Shown here piece after piece: positions 24,745 through 36,900 of a stretch of DNA of 64,000 nt (its first letter is position 1; each line of letters starts with the position of its first letter). The position numbers were made by a program, and so were the translations under genes. Source of the stretch: an uncultured Acidobacteriota bacterium. GTDB taxonomy: Bacteria; Acidobacteriota; Blastocatellia; RBC074. The notes under the pieces were generated by a model. The model worked only from the letters and a program-made list of their open reading frames with translations, ran no database searches and was not told where the DNA came from. Location of the stretch: positions 2,720,001 through 2,784,000 of the forward strand of contig CAWCKY010000006.1 in the NCBI GenBank assembly GCA_963796275.1, in the 5' to 3' direction.

Positions 24745-26076
24745 CTAAACACGCTTCACCGCCGGCAGCCGATAGGAGCCGTCGAGCACGGAAGTTTTAG
24801 GCTCGTAGAAGCGCATCGTCACGTTGAACAAGTCGGCCGGCGCAGGAAGCCAGTTGGACGTATCTTCCGGCTTCTTATTCTGGATATAGATAGTCAGCGA
24901 ACCGCCCGGATTCTCCTTCAGCCCGTCGGTCGTAATGCCGATGCTGTAGCGACCGAAATCGTTTTCGACGAAAAGCATATCGGCGGCATACATCGCCAGA
25001 TTCCATAAGACGGAAACAGGAGGCTGTTTGCCCTTTTCGAAATGAATGATGTACTTGTTCGCCCCGTCGAGCGGTTCGTTTTTGTCATCGACGGCGCAGT
25101 TGGGATAGATCACCTGGTCGCTGAGCTGCGCTCCAAGAACGTATTTCGCCAATGCCGCTCGCAACGCGAGATCATGACCGGCGCGGCCTCCGGCAAGCGT
25201 GTAGCGCCAGCCGTTGGTCGTTTCACCTGTTGAGGCCCACGCCGCATCGACGATCTGCTCGCCGGCATTCACCGCCCGCGCCAGGTCGGCTCGTCGAGAG
25301 TCGCGAATTCGAAACCTTTCCCGACGCTGAGACCGATCTTGTGGAAAGAGGCGACGAGTGTGTCCGTCGAATCGACCGAGGCTGGAAGTGCGGTTCGCAT
25401 CGTACATCCAAGCGCTTCAAAAAATCCTAGTTCCGCCGGCGCCTTATGTGTCTGAGATTCAATCATGCCCTTTTCGGGAGATTTATAGTTAAGGCCCTGG
25501 CTAAGATAAGCAGATAAAAGGCATCATCTGGAATCCTTTTTGCTCCTCTACGGCGGCAGGAAGATCGGCTTCACCCTTGACGAAAATACGAACGGCGGCT
25601 ACGCCTATTTTTGTACGCGAGCACAACTGCACCATTTCACCGGGTATAGGGCCGTTGAAATCCGGGCCGGTAATCACATAGACACCGGGCTGCTGGCCCT
25701 TTGTCCCGCCGATGTTGTGAAATATCTCGTCGAAAAGGTCACCGAGCTGCACGATATACCAACGATCCTCGACCAGCTTCGGAACGAAGATGACAGCTGG
25801 CTCGCTGGTTACATCGAACGTCGCGTAGGCATCTACCGTCACGTTGTTTGGGGTAACCACGAACCGGTCCTTCGCGGTCTTGAGCGCTGGAAACTTACGA
25901 AAAGCATTTAGTTTGACTCCTCCGACTTTTAAGGATTCGGGTAAGGTCCGTCCATATTCGTACAGCGGAAAGCCCCATAGATATGCCTGCACACCCAATG
26001 TGTATGCCGCTTCTTCACGGGCATGCTCCGCGGACATAGCTCCAGCGGATCTCTCAGTTTTTGCTTTGTTAGCCAT
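24745..26076 (-). pseudogene. DUF1254/DUF1214 paralog 2, split in three frames
   Basis: AYLWGFP, TPNNVT, NWLPAP..MRFYEP; extra T near 25516 and apparent short deletion near 25285. Confidence 0.8.
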
Positions 26077-26117
26077 AACATTTTCTCCTGGTAAAGTGTT
26101 CTGTTCCTTATCTGAAT

Positions 26118-27404
26118 TCAGCCGATTTTCTCGATGTCGGGCAGCACCCAGGTCTTCTCGAAAAGCGGCTTCTCCGGCCCGTAGAAGCGAAAGAGCGCTT
26201 CGAATCTGCCCTTGGCGTCAGTTGGGACCCAATTCGACTCTTTTCCTTTGGGAGCTTTGGGTGCGAAATACACGTCCACCGAGCCGTCGGCATTGGTCAC
26301 GAGACCTGGCGACTGTGACGAACGGCTGGCGTGCGGCATATTGCGGATAAGCGCGTGTGTAGCAAAGTCGTAGAGCACGGTCGACCAATACTGGTTCACG
26401 GGAGGATTTGCGGGTACATGCAGACGATAGGTTGAGGCACCGTCAAGCGGGTTGCCGTCCCTGTCGCGACTGACGAACAGGTAGAACTGCCCGGTGCCGA
26501 GGTGCTTAATCGTACTGTAGGCGAAATAGAAGATCGGCCCACGGGCGTCGACCGGGTAGGAGTCAGGCGTTTTGAAGCCCGACTGAAGGGACTCCACGAA
26601 CTCGTGGTCAGCCGGGATGAACCAGCGCGTGCCTTTGTTGTAGGGCTCGTAGCCTGTCTCGTAGTGCAGATCGAACAGGGCGAGGGCTTCCTGAGCGGCC
26701 GTTTTTAAGGTGTCCGCGGTCTTGTCGTCCGGCTTGAAGGGCTTACCTTTTTCAATGCCGAGCGATTTGAGCGGGTCGATCATTGCCCGGTCACGCTCCA
26801 GCCATGGCTCGTATTGCACTATTCGGTCGAGCGACTGAAAGAAGCGCACATCATAAGGAATGACACCATCGACCACGACGTTGATCGCGTCGACGAAGGT
26901 CGTCTCGGGCGGTTTGGCTGCCTGCGAGAGCGGATAGAGCTTGATCCTTTTGCCGTACTCGACCGCCTTGGCAATATCGGCATCGCCCCGGCTCTTGAGG
27001 ATGGAGCGAAGCAGCGCGTAACCTTGATAAGTAAAGGATGGCAGGTGGATATAGCCCTGGGGAACCTTGTCCTTGTAATCGGGCGGGGTGATCAGGTATT
27101 TGCCGCCCTTGCCCTTATCCGCACCGGCGGGCCCTACATCTTCGAGAGCCATCTGCCAGCAGTCCATGATGGTTCCGGTGATCGAGCCGTCGTCCGCCAG
27201 CGGGATCTCGATCACGATCGGGCCGACGTCCTTCGTGCTGAAGAACGGCATGAAGTAGATGGTGTCGGGGTTTGGCGTCAGATACTGGTTTTTCCAATCC
27301 GACAAGCCGGACCAGAAGAGTATCTGGTTCACGGTGCCTCTGGCCTTGACCATTTCGCGCACAGAAGAAAGGCCGACTAATAGAAACGTGCCCAGTAGTT
27401 CCAA
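26118..27404 (-). CDS. DUF1254/DUF1214 paralog 1, probably 5'-truncated
   Basis: LTPNPDTIY, GADKGKGGKY, YWSTVLYD, FRFYGP; lacks the usual WGMP N-terminal helix. Confidence 0.75.
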   Translation of the reverse strand: MELLGTFLLVGLSSVREMVKARGTVNQILFWSGLSDWKNQYLTPNPDTIYFMPFFSTKDVGPIVIEIPLADDGSITGTIMDCWQMALEDVGPAGADKGKGGKYLITPPDYKDKVPQGYIHLPSFTYQGYALLRSILKSRGDADIAKAVEYGKRIKLYPLSQAAKPPETTFVDAINVVVDGVIPYDVRFFQSLDRIVQYEPWLERDRAMIDPLKSLGIEKGKPFKPDDKTADTLKTAAQEALALFDLHYETGYEPYNKGTRWFIPADHEFVESLQSGFKTPDSYPVDARGPIFYFAYSTIKHLGTGQFYLFVSRDRDGNPLDGASTYRLHVPANPPVNQYWSTVLYDFATHALIRNMPHASRSSQSPGLVTNADGSVDVYFAPKAPKGKESNWVPTDAKGRFEALFRFYGPEKPLFEKTWVLPDIEKIG

Positions 27405-27860
27405 CCGGGAGTGAGAGGCTTGTGAACATTTCGTTTAATGACGACTCCTTTATTGAGTTGGAGGAGCGAACCACGGACCATACTAGGAGCCACGAAGGAT
27501 TGAATTTCTTTTGTTGGGGGTCTAAATCATACATGTCCTCAAGACATGCGTAGGCGGCTGATAAGTCGATTCAGGTAAGCTGGGAATCCCGACAATCGGC
27601 CCATTCTGCTCCAAATCATCCTAAAAAGGAGGAGGGGCTAATTCTCTATCAATTATAGTGTAATACCTCGATTATAACAGAAAGAACGCAAAGTCAGCTT
27701 TCAAGCACCACCAGAGCCAGGCAAAGGGAGACAATTAGGCCAGAACTTCCTCGAAGAATATCTTCATTGCGATCCAGGATCATCGGTCGGCTGTGGCATT
27801 TTCTGGCATCGTGCATCTAACATCTATTTCTCAATTGCTCTTCCGCGGAGATAAGTCGCA

Positions 27861-30800
27861 TTATGAATTTTGACCCATGCCGAAGTGCTGCGTCAGGCTT
27901 CTGATAAGCGCCATCAACTCCCCCAGATCAATCGGTTTTGTGACAAACATCTGATAGCCTGCCGCGATCGCACGGGCAGCATCCTTTGTACTGGCGAATC
28001 CAGTCACTGCCACTGCCGGGATATTACCTCCACGTTCATCAGGCAGCGACCGCACTTGTCTAATGAGGTCGTAGCCATCCTCGCCGGGCATCCCGATGTC
28101 GCTCACCAGTACGTCTGGTTGCCATTGCTCCAGTATTTCGAGCGCTTCACGGACTGTAGCGCCGGCTCTCACTTCGGCGCCGTGCTTATTGAGTGCCATG
28201 CTCAACAACATACGAGTATCCAGGTTGTCATCTACCAAGAGCGCCCGCAAACCGGTAAGCAAAGCGGATTGCTCGGCCGCGTCTTTATCCTTCTCCTTGG
28301 GACCCGTATCTGCCGATGTCGTCAGGGGCAATACTACCTTGAAGGTGGCGCCTTGACCTGCTCCCTCAGTCGATGCACTGACTTGCCCGCCGTGCGCCTC
28401 GACCAGATGGCGCACGATAGTTAATCCTATGCCCAGTCCGCCGTGGCGCCTGGTCATAGAGGCATCCGCCTGACGGAACGGGGCGAAGACGTGGGGCAGA
28501 AATTCCGGACTAATTCCCTCGCCGGTGTCACGCACGATGATCGCTGCCGACGCCCCGTCTCTTTCCAGCCGAGTCTCGACGTACTCGCCTTGAGGCGTAT
28601 ATTTGATGGCATTGGAGAGCAGGTTCCAGACGATCTGCTGCAAGCGGGTGGCGTCTCCCAACACGAGTCCGGCCGTGGGATCGAGCTCCAGCCGCAGTTC
28701 CACCCCCTTTGCCTCCGCTGACGGTCGCACGGCCTCCAGGGCAGCCTCGATCACCGGAATAAGTTCAACCGGGCTCTGCTCAAATTGCAGCTTGCCCATA
28801 CTGATCCGCGAAGTATCGAGCAGATCGTCGACGAGTCGGTTTTGCGCCTTGGCGTTGCGCTCGATCGCTTCCAAAGCCGGTGCGACTTCGGCCTCCTCCA
28901 GGTTGCCCCAGCGCAACATCTGAAGCCAACCCAACATCGCATTGAGCGGCGTGCGCAGCTCGTGCGAGACGGTGGCGAGAAACTCATCTTTGATGCGATT
29001 GGTCTTTTCGGCCTCGCCGCGGGCCTCGGATTCTCTGCGTAGCAATTCTTCTCTTTCGATCTCGATGCGCTTGCGTTCGCTGATGTCGCGGGCGATTTTC
29101 GACGCGCCGATGACTTTTCCGCTTTTATCTCGAATGGGCGAGACCGTCAGCGAAATGTCAATCTCGCCGCCGTCTTTGCCTCGGCGCACTGTTTCGTAAT
29201 GGTCGACGCTCTCGCCGCGCCTGATGAGTTCGAGTATGTACGATTCTTCATCTTCCCGTTCCGATGGAATGAGAATCGTCACCGGCTTCCCAATGATTTC
29301 CGCAGCGGTGTATCCTAGCAGTTTTTCCGCCCCCTCGTTCCAACTCGTAATAATTGCATTCGAATCCGTGCCGATGATGGAGTCGTCGGACGATTCGACG
29401 ATGGCCGCCATTTGAGCTATCACTGCTTCAGCGAGCTTACGATCGTGAATGTCAAAAGCGCTGCCGACATAGCCCTTGAACTCGCCGCCCTCGAAGCGCG
29501 GCATACCGACCGAATGCATCCATCTGTACTCGCCGTCGCGCCGTCGGAAACGGAACTCGGCTTCAAAGCGGACGCGGCCGGAAACGGCTTCGCGGTAGGC
29601 GTTAACGTAAGCTTCGCGGTCTTGGGGATGAACGAATTCCGCCCACTTATCGCCGAGAACCTCCGCCTCGCCGACGCCGAGAAACTCCAGATATTTGCGA
29701 TTGGCGAACTCACAGCCGGTCGGGCTGTTGAGCCAGATCAGCACGGGCGCGTCATCAGCGAGTGTTCGGAAACGCTGCTCGCTCTCACGCAACAATTCAT
29801 CGGCCTGCTTACGCTCAAGCAGATCGGCGGCCTGCCGCGCCAGCACGTCCAGCAGGCGGAGGTCGCGCTCCGAGGGCTGATGAGGCCGGCGCCAGTAGGT
29901 AGAGATCATGCCCAAAAGGCGCCCGGAGCGTGAGATCAGGGGTGTGGATTGCACCGCCCGAATGCCCGCCTTGCGATAGGCCTCCAGCGACGGCGTGCCG
30001 ACGATGAAATCACAGGTCCCCACGTCAGCCACGATCACGCGATGGCCGACCCGCCTGGCGGCGTTGCAAGTGGTCTTTCTGTCCCGGCGGTTCAACTCAA
30101 ATACCCTGCCAAATTCCGGCCCGAATCCACGAAAGGCCAGCATGCGGAGCGCGTCCTCACCTTCATCGACAACCTGCATGCTCGCCATGTCTGATTGCAT
30201 GACGGCCATGGCGGCATCGAGGACTTGCTCATACAGAGACCCGATATCGCCCTCGTAAATCATTCGGGTGCTGATTTCCTGGAGCGCCTGAGTGGCGGCC
30301 AATTCCGCGGCCAGTCGCCGTTCGGCCTCGCGCCGAAGGCGCGACATTTTGACGTGCGTCTCGACCCGGGCGACCAGTTCACGGGCGCTGAACGGCTTGA
30401 TAAGGTAGTCGTCCGCGCCAGCCTCCATGCCCTCGACCCTGCTCTCCTCGCCGGCGCGCGCGGAGAGCAGGACAATCGGGATCTCGCGGAGTTTCGGATC
30501 GGCGCGCATCTCGCGCAGCAGGCCGAAGCCGTCTAGCCTGGGCATCATAACATCGCTGAGCACCAGGTCAGGCGGGTTGGCGCGTGCCGCCTCCAGTGCG
30601 GCTTGCCCGTCGGAGATCGCCTGCACATCGCAGCGCCCGCCCAGCAAGCGACTGACGTACTCGTGCATGTCAGTGTTGTCGTCCGCCCAGAGAATGCGGG
30701 CGCGCCGGCCTTCGGGCTGAATATCCGGAAGATCGCGATCAGAACCCGCCAAAGCGGGCGCGAAGGTCGGCTCCCCCGAGTGCCTGCTGTCATCCTCCGG

Positions 30801-32720
30801 AAGCCACCGCAAGGCTTCCTCCTCAAAGGCCGATGAGGTGATTTCAGTCGATGCCAACTCCGAAGCTTTACCGACGCACTCCGGGTCCAGGTGCGCCTTG
30901 CCGAAGGGAATCGTGACCGTGAACACGCTCCCCTCTCCGAACACGCTGTCTACGCGCGCCGCGCCGCCGTGGAGTCTGACGAGTTCATGAACCAGCGCCA
31001 GTCCGATTCCCGTGCCTTCGTGCGTCCGGCCGCGGCTTTGCTCGATGCGGTGGAATCGCTCGAACATGCGCGGCAATTCTTCGGACGGAATGCCCACCCC
31101 GGTGTCTCGCACCGTCAACTGCGCCTGGCCATCGATCGCCTGCAAGCGCACTTCGATTTCGCCCTTCATTGTGAACTTGAAAGCGTTGCTCACCAGGTTC
31201 AGGACGATCTTCTCCCACATGTCGCGATCGACATATACCGGCTCCCCTCCGCTGAACGGCGGGCAATCAACGACCAACTGCAGGCCGGCCTTTTCGCAGG
31301 CCGAACGGAAGTTGCTGGCGAGTTCCACCGTCAGCGCGGACAGGTCAGTGAGATGGTACGAAGCCCGTATGCGCCCGGCCTCGATGCGGGAGAAATCGAG
31401 AAGCGTGTTTACGAGCTTGAGCAACCTGAGGGCGTTTCGGTGTGACAAGGCCAAGTCCTCGGCCGCGCCGGGCGGGAGTACACCGTGCGCGTTCGCAAGA
31501 GCCTCTTCGAGCGGGCCGAGCATCAAGGTGAGCGGCGTGCGGAACTCATGCGAGACGTTCGAGAAGAACGCAGTCTTGGCGCGGTCGAGTGCGGCCAGCG
31601 CCTCGGCCCGTTTGCGCTCCTCATCGTAAGCGCGGGCGTTGGCGATGGCCATTGCAAGTTGCCCTGCGGCGAGTTCGAGGAAGCTGCGATAGTCGTCGGC
31701 AAAAGCCAGGCGTGGGCTGAGGCCGGCAACCAGAAACCCGGCGGGCAGATCTTGCACGCCAGCCTTGGCGAGCGGCAGTACCAGCGCGCGCTTTGTCCAA
31801 TCGTCCGCCCACGGGCCGGCAGGCAAACGTCCGAACCGCACTTCCAGATTTTCGACAATCTGACTCTGCTTTGTTTCCAGGACGCGGCGGAAATTCCAAA
31901 CGTCTTCGTCGCTGTCAATGGCGACTGCCTCGGGATTCGCTATTGCTCCGGCGGCAAGATTGACTGCCTCGCACAGGCGCGCCTGCTGGCTATCTTCGTC
32001 GAGCAGGTAGATCAGCGCGAAGGGGAAATCATGCAGGTTCTCGGCGAGCGTGGCGGCGGCGGCGTAGCAAGCTTGTTCAGCGGTCTTCGTTTCTGCCAGA
32101 CTACATTCTCCGAGGGCGCGCAGAGTTTTCAAACGCCGCTCGCCCAACACGCGCTTGGTGTCTTCGGTGACGGCGCAGAAGACGCCGCCCACGCCGCCCG
32201 CGTCGTCCGGCACGGGGCTGTACGAGAAAGTGAAATAAGCTTCTTCGGTGAAGCCATACCGCGTCATCACGAGCAGGACGGACTCGTTCCAAGTAGATCG
32301 TCCCTCATTGAGGACCATTTCGGTTTGCGGCCCGACCACCGGCCACACGTCGGCCCAGACGCGCGCCGCCGACTGGCCCAGCGCCTGCGGGTGGCGCGCG
32401 CCGAGCATCGGACGGTAAGCATCGTTGTAGATGTTGGTCAGATCGCGCCCCCACCAGACGAACATCGGGTAGCGCGAATTGAGCACGATGCGGACGGCGG
32501 TCTTCAAACTCTGCGGCCAGCTCTCAACCGGGCCGACCGGCGTTTGCGACCAGTCGAAGTCGCGCATCCGGCCAACCATCTCGTTTTCCCTTGGCAAGAT
32601 GGCGCGCAGGAACGCGTCCGTCTCGCCGCCCTTCCGGAAATTCGCCTTCGCGGAAGCGGACGTTTTTTTCACCACACCAGACAATCGTTTTTTAGACATA
32701 CGCCTCCTTTCCCATTTCAC
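27861..32720 (-). CDS. Double hybrid sensor histidine kinase (PAS-GAF-HisKA-HATPase-REC-GAF-PAS-PAS-HisKA-HATPase-REC)
   Basis: Two H-boxes (SHEFRTPL, SHELRTPL), two G-box sets, two receivers (SDVMMP, SDIGMP). Confidence 0.92.
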   Translation of the reverse strand: MKWERRRMSKKRLSGVVKKTSASAKANFRKGGETDAFLRAILPRENEMVGRMRDFDWSQTPVGPVESWPQSLKTAVRIVLNSRYPMFVWWGRDLTNIYNDAYRPMLGARHPQALGQSAARVWADVWPVVGPQTEMVLNEGRSTWNESVLLVMTRYGFTEEAYFTFSYSPVPDDAGGVGGVFCAVTEDTKRVLGERRLKTLRALGECSLAETKTAEQACYAAAATLAENLHDFPFALIYLLDEDSQQARLCEAVNLAAGAIANPEAVAIDSDEDVWNFRRVLETKQSQIVENLEVRFGRLPAGPWADDWTKRALVLPLAKAGVQDLPAGFLVAGLSPRLAFADDYRSFLELAAGQLAMAIANARAYDEERKRAEALAALDRAKTAFFSNVSHEFRTPLTLMLGPLEEALANAHGVLPPGAAEDLALSHRNALRLLKLVNTLLDFSRIEAGRIRASYHLTDLSALTVELASNFRSACEKAGLQLVVDCPPFSGGEPVYVDRDMWEKIVLNLVSNAFKFTMKGEIEVRLQAIDGQAQLTVRDTGVGIPSEELPRMFERFHRIEQSRGRTHEGTGIGLALVHELVRLHGGAARVDSVFGEGSVFTVTIPFGKAHLDPECVGKASELASTEITSSAFEEEALRWLPEDDSRHSGEPTFAPALAGSDRDLPDIQPEGRRARILWADDNTDMHEYVSRLLGGRCDVQAISDGQAALEAARANPPDLVLSDVMMPRLDGFGLLREMRADPKLREIPIVLLSARAGEESRVEGMEAGADDYLIKPFSARELVARVETHVKMSRLRREAERRLAAELAATQALQEISTRMIYEGDIGSLYEQVLDAAMAVMQSDMASMQVVDEGEDALRMLAFRGFGPEFGRVFELNRRDRKTTCNAARRVGHRVIVADVGTCDFIVGTPSLEAYRKAGIRAVQSTPLISRSGRLLGMISTYWRRPHQPSERDLRLLDVLARQAADLLERKQADELLRESEQRFRTLADDAPVLIWLNSPTGCEFANRKYLEFLGVGEAEVLGDKWAEFVHPQDREAYVNAYREAVSGRVRFEAEFRFRRRDGEYRWMHSVGMPRFEGGEFKGYVGSAFDIHDRKLAEAVIAQMAAIVESSDDSIIGTDSNAIITSWNEGAEKLLGYTAAEIIGKPVTILIPSEREDEESYILELIRRGESVDHYETVRRGKDGGEIDISLTVSPIRDKSGKVIGASKIARDISERKRIEIEREELLRRESEARGEAEKTNRIKDEFLATVSHELRTPLNAMLGWLQMLRWGNLEEAEVAPALEAIERNAKAQNRLVDDLLDTSRISMGKLQFEQSPVELIPVIEAALEAVRPSAEAKGVELRLELDPTAGLVLGDATRLQQIVWNLLSNAIKYTPQGEYVETRLERDGASAAIIVRDTGEGISPEFLPHVFAPFRQADASMTRRHGGLGIGLTIVRHLVEAHGGQVSASTEGAGQGATFKVVLPLTTSADTGPKEKDKDAAEQSALLTGLRALLVDDNLDTRMLLSMALNKHGAEVRAGATVREALEILEQWQPDVLVSDIGMPGEDGYDLIRQVRSLPDERGGNIPAVAVTGFASTKDAARAIAAGYQMFVTKPIDLGELMALIRSLTQHFGMGQNS

Positions 32721-33144
32721 CTCGTTCGAATTCGAACGGATACCCCGGGGCCTCTCCCAGCCGGTGTCGGAGTGCGTTGAGCTCGATGATCAGCAAGAAA
32801 TGAATGTTATCATGTTCTAATGAAAGCCTCCACGCCAGGTAGGCGCTTGGCCTTTATCTGAACTAATCTGAATATGAGGGGAAGGAGACAATTAGTCTGC
32901 TTATGCCATATTGTCAGCGACATCCATTGAACACAATCTTGCCGCATGCGATATAAGCGAGCAGAAACTGGTTGTAGCGGACTTTGACTAGAGAGCAGAC
33001 GTAAGCAGATGTCCTTCCAAAGGTAAGTTTGATCTGGCAACGCGAGAAGGAAGTAGTTCGCTCAAGGAATGGAATCATGGGCCAGTAGATTCCGTAGAAA
33101 CCTCACAGTCTATTCAGAGGATTTATTAGGTCGGTTCTTGTTAA

Positions 33145-33540
33145 CTAAAGGACACGTTCTATAGGTTCTGCCCGTTCTATGGCTAGATACATCGGGCCGC
33201 TGCCGAATACATCAATCATCCATGAGCCGAAGCCGCGCTTGTTCCATACTCTGTAATACATCTGTTCGCCAGCCTCCACATCGAACTCCACAGTCTTAGT
33301 ATGTAGGGTATTGTCTATGAGCAGACGGTGGTGACCCGGCTCTACTTCCAATAAGATGTCCTTCCCGTTCTTGAGGAGCGTTAAGAATGTGCCGTCGAGG
33401 AAAAGCTTTATGCCCCTGGCCAAGTAATTGTCTTGGAACTTATGTGTCACCCTGAGCTGGCCTTTTAGAGCGCCGTCACCTTTTGTATGCTTGCTCATAG
33501 ATGCTCTCATTTCTCTTATCTTATCAGTCCCTCCCACCAA
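33145..33540 (-). CDS. Small hypothetical beta-sandwich protein
   Basis: LFLDG..LKNG..VEPGHH pattern; start uncertain. Confidence 0.55.
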   Translation of the reverse strand: MVGGTDKIREMRASMSKHTKGDGALKGQLRVTHKFQDNYLARGIKLFLDGTFLTLLKNGKDILLEVEPGHHRLLIDNTLHTKTVEFDVEAGEQMYYRVWNKRGFGSWMIDVFGSGPMYLAIERAEPIERVL

Positions 33541-33597
33541 GGCAATAAAACGTCAAGGTAGAGCATTTGATCTGAAAAACTACAACTGTTTACCCCC

Positions 33598-36500
33598 TTA
33601 GAACCGCAGCCGCATGCTTACGGTATACATCCGTCCCATAGCGGCGCTCGTCACGCGCCCGAAATTATTGCTCGTCAGGTCCGTGGAAGGCGAATTCAGA
33701 TTCACACGATTGAACGCGTTATTCGACTCGATGCGCAGCGCGCCCGTGACCCGCTCCGTGAACTTGAGGCCCTTCTCCATGGAAAGGTCCACACGCGCGA
33801 AACCAGGCCCGCGGAATGTGTTCCTCCCGAGCGTGCCGTTCGTGCCCGGCGCCGGTCGTGGAAAGTCCGCCGCCGTAAACACGCCGGTCAGGAACTGCTG
33901 TTTGCTGAAACCTGTCCGGCTGATCGAGTCCGCCGGCGCATTCGGGCGGTCCGCGTTGGTCCCGTCTGCGTTGTAATCCCCGTTGGGATAGGACGCGCTG
34001 GTGAACACATTCAGCGGCAGGCCCGATTCGAGGATCCCGTAGCCCGAAAACTGCCATCCGCTCGCCACCCGGCAAACCAGGGAGCCGCACCCGCGCAGGA
34101 ACGGAAGCTCCCACACGCCAGAGAACGCCACGCGCTGCCGCACGTCGAAGCTCGCGACCGAACGGTCGAGATTGCGATTGTTGGCGTCGTAGTAACTTGT
34201 TGTCCCCTGCTCGGCCTCAGCGTCCGTCAGCACCTTTCCGAAGGTATAGCTTGCCTGAAAAGTCATGCCCTGGGAGAAGCCGCGGCGCACCGCAAACGTT
34301 CCGCCGTGATAGATCGAGTTCGACGTTGTGCGCGCCATGTTGATGCTCGAAAAACTGGGGTTGAAGCCGTCGAACCGGTTGTCCAGCATGTCGCCGTTGT
34401 AGCGATTGACGTTCGAAATGTTCACCAGGTGGTGGCCCGCCGAGCCGATCCAACTGACTTCCGCCACCAACTGCCCCGGCAAGGCCCGCTGCACGCCCAG
34501 GAACCAGTTCTGGCCGTAAGGGTTGTTGAACGCCGGATCGATCGCGGCGATCGCCACCCGCGCGCCCGCGATGCCGTTGCGCGAATCCAGCCCGAGCTTC
34601 AGGCCGGGATCGATCGGATAGCCGTAGAACGGCTGGTCCGGATCGCCGAACGCGTACGTGAACGTGGTCCCGAAGTTCTGCCCCAGTGTCGCGGTCGCGG
34701 CCAGCGGCGGATTGGTGCGGTACGTCGCGGTCTGCACCGTGGCCATGCGATCGTAGGAGAGCCCATAGCCGCCCCGGATCACGTTCTTTCCTTTCGCGCC
34801 GATGTCCCACGCGAATCCGAACCGCGGCGCGAAGTTCAACGCGTCGCGATCCCACCCGCGGGCAGTGAGATCCCACCTTTCCGCTCGCGAGCTGATCCAC
34901 ATACGATCCCGTCCCCGGCACGAAGTTGCGGAATCGATCGTGCGTATCCGTGTACGGGCCGAAGTAGTCGTACCGCAGCCCGATGTTCAGCGTCAGGTTG
35001 CGCCGCACCTTCCAATCGTCCTGGATGAACCCTGCGCCCTCCCAGATCAGCATATCTGCGCGCGTCGTGGTGGGCGTGCCGGTGCGTGGATCGACCGTAC
35101 GCATCATCTGCATGGGCTCATCGTCGATGAAGTCGAGAATGTTCGCGAAGCTGTATACGGGCACGTAGGACGCGGTGTGCCACAGGATGTTGATCGCGCG
35201 GCGGATCTCCCCGCCGATCTTTAACGCATGGCTTCCGCGGATCATCGTGAACGTGTCCTTCAACTGATATTCGGTGGGAAAGAACCCGCCGGGAAAGACG
35301 TTCACGTCGCGCACCGTGCCGAGGCCCGTGATGTTGATGCCCGGCACCTGCTTGTTCAGCATGTCCGGACAGGAAAGTCCGCCGCCTACAGGATTCGCGG
35401 GATCCTTGGGAGCGCAGTAGTGTCCGTTGAACCGCGTAGCCGAAAGACGCACCTCATTCAGCGCGCTGGCGCTGATCGTCTTGGAATAGACCAGATTGCC
35501 GAACAGACCCCACGTCGGGGCCGGCCGCAGGAAGTCCGGACGAATGCCGGGCGTGATCGTGCTCGCGTTCAGGCGATAAAAGTAGCCATACAAACGGTCC
35601 TTGCCGGGACGCAGTTCATGATCGACCCGGATCGTGTATTGATTGGAGCGCGAATCGGTCGAGGTCAGGTACTGCACGGTCCCGATATCTGGGATCCCGT
35701 CCGGCGTCGAGCTGAAGAGATTCACTCCGGGCTGCGGACCTCCCACGTCGCGGATGGCGCTCGTGGGGTCGGCCACCGGATGAAACGTCCGCATGAAGTA
35801 CGCCGCCAGCGAGTTCGGACGATTCTCCAGCACCCACGCGCGCAACTGAGGCGTTTCAACCGTGGCCGTCGCCGTGGTGGCGCCGGAGCGCCGCACGCCT
35901 TCATAGGTCGTGTAGAAGAAGGTCTTGTTGCGGATGATCGGCCCGCCCACGCCATAGCCGAACTGGTTGCGCCGGTTGACCGGGACCCCGCTCGTCGTAT
36001 CGAAGATGTTACGGGCCTGCAGCACGTTGTTGGTGTGGTAGTTCCAGACGCTGCCGTGGAACTGGTTCGTGCCGGACTTGGTGACGATGCTGATCTGCGC
36101 CCCCATGTTGCGCCCCTGCTCCGCGGAGAAGTTGTTGGTCGTGACCCGGACCTCGGCCACGGTCTCCACGTTGGGCGTGACTTCGGCGCGCCCACCGCGC
36201 GAGATGGAGTTGATGCTCGAATCGTCCAGCGTGAAGGAATTCCCGTCCGCCCGACTGCCGTTGGCGTTGAACTGCGGTGTGGCGTCGCTGCCCAACATTT
36301 CATTCCCCATATTGCGCCCGCTCACGCCGGGTTGCAGCACCATCAGGTTGACGATGTTGCGGTTCGGTATCGGCAGATTCTTCAACTGCGTGCCGGTGAT
36401 CTGGGACGAGATGCGGCCCTGCTCGGTCTCGAGCGCCCCCGACTGCGCGCTGACGTTGACCGTTTCGGTAACGCCCGACACTTTCATTTCGATATCCACC

Positions 36501-36808
36501 TTGCGGATCTCGTTGGCCGCCACATCCACCGAAGGCTGCGCGGCGTGCGCGAATCCCTCCTTCGTGGCCTTGACGGAATACGTGCCCGCGCCCAGGCTGA
36601 GCACGCGAAAGATTCCCTCGTCGGACGTGAGCACTTCGCGCGTTACGCCGGTGCTCAGGTTTGTGACCACGACCTGCACGTTGGGAATCACCGCTCCGGA
36701 ATTGTCTACGATCGTTCCCTGTATGCCGCTTCCGAATTGAGCAAAGAGGCCGGGAGTCAGGATCAGCAACGCAGAAACGCGTCTGAGAGAGGCTTTCATG
36801 GAATTCAT
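33598..36808 (-). CDS. Oar-like TonB-dependent receptor split by one extra G at about 34873
   Basis: Removing one G from GTGGGAT joins ...LASGKV to DLTARGWDRDALNFAPRFG; C-terminal RLRF. Confidence 0.85.
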
Positions 36809-36900
36809 CCCCCTGTTTTCGGATTTTCGCCGAGCATATATCAGGCGGGAACTGCGTACAAGCATTTTCAACATTGCCCCAAGGCTGTAAAATCCGCCCC

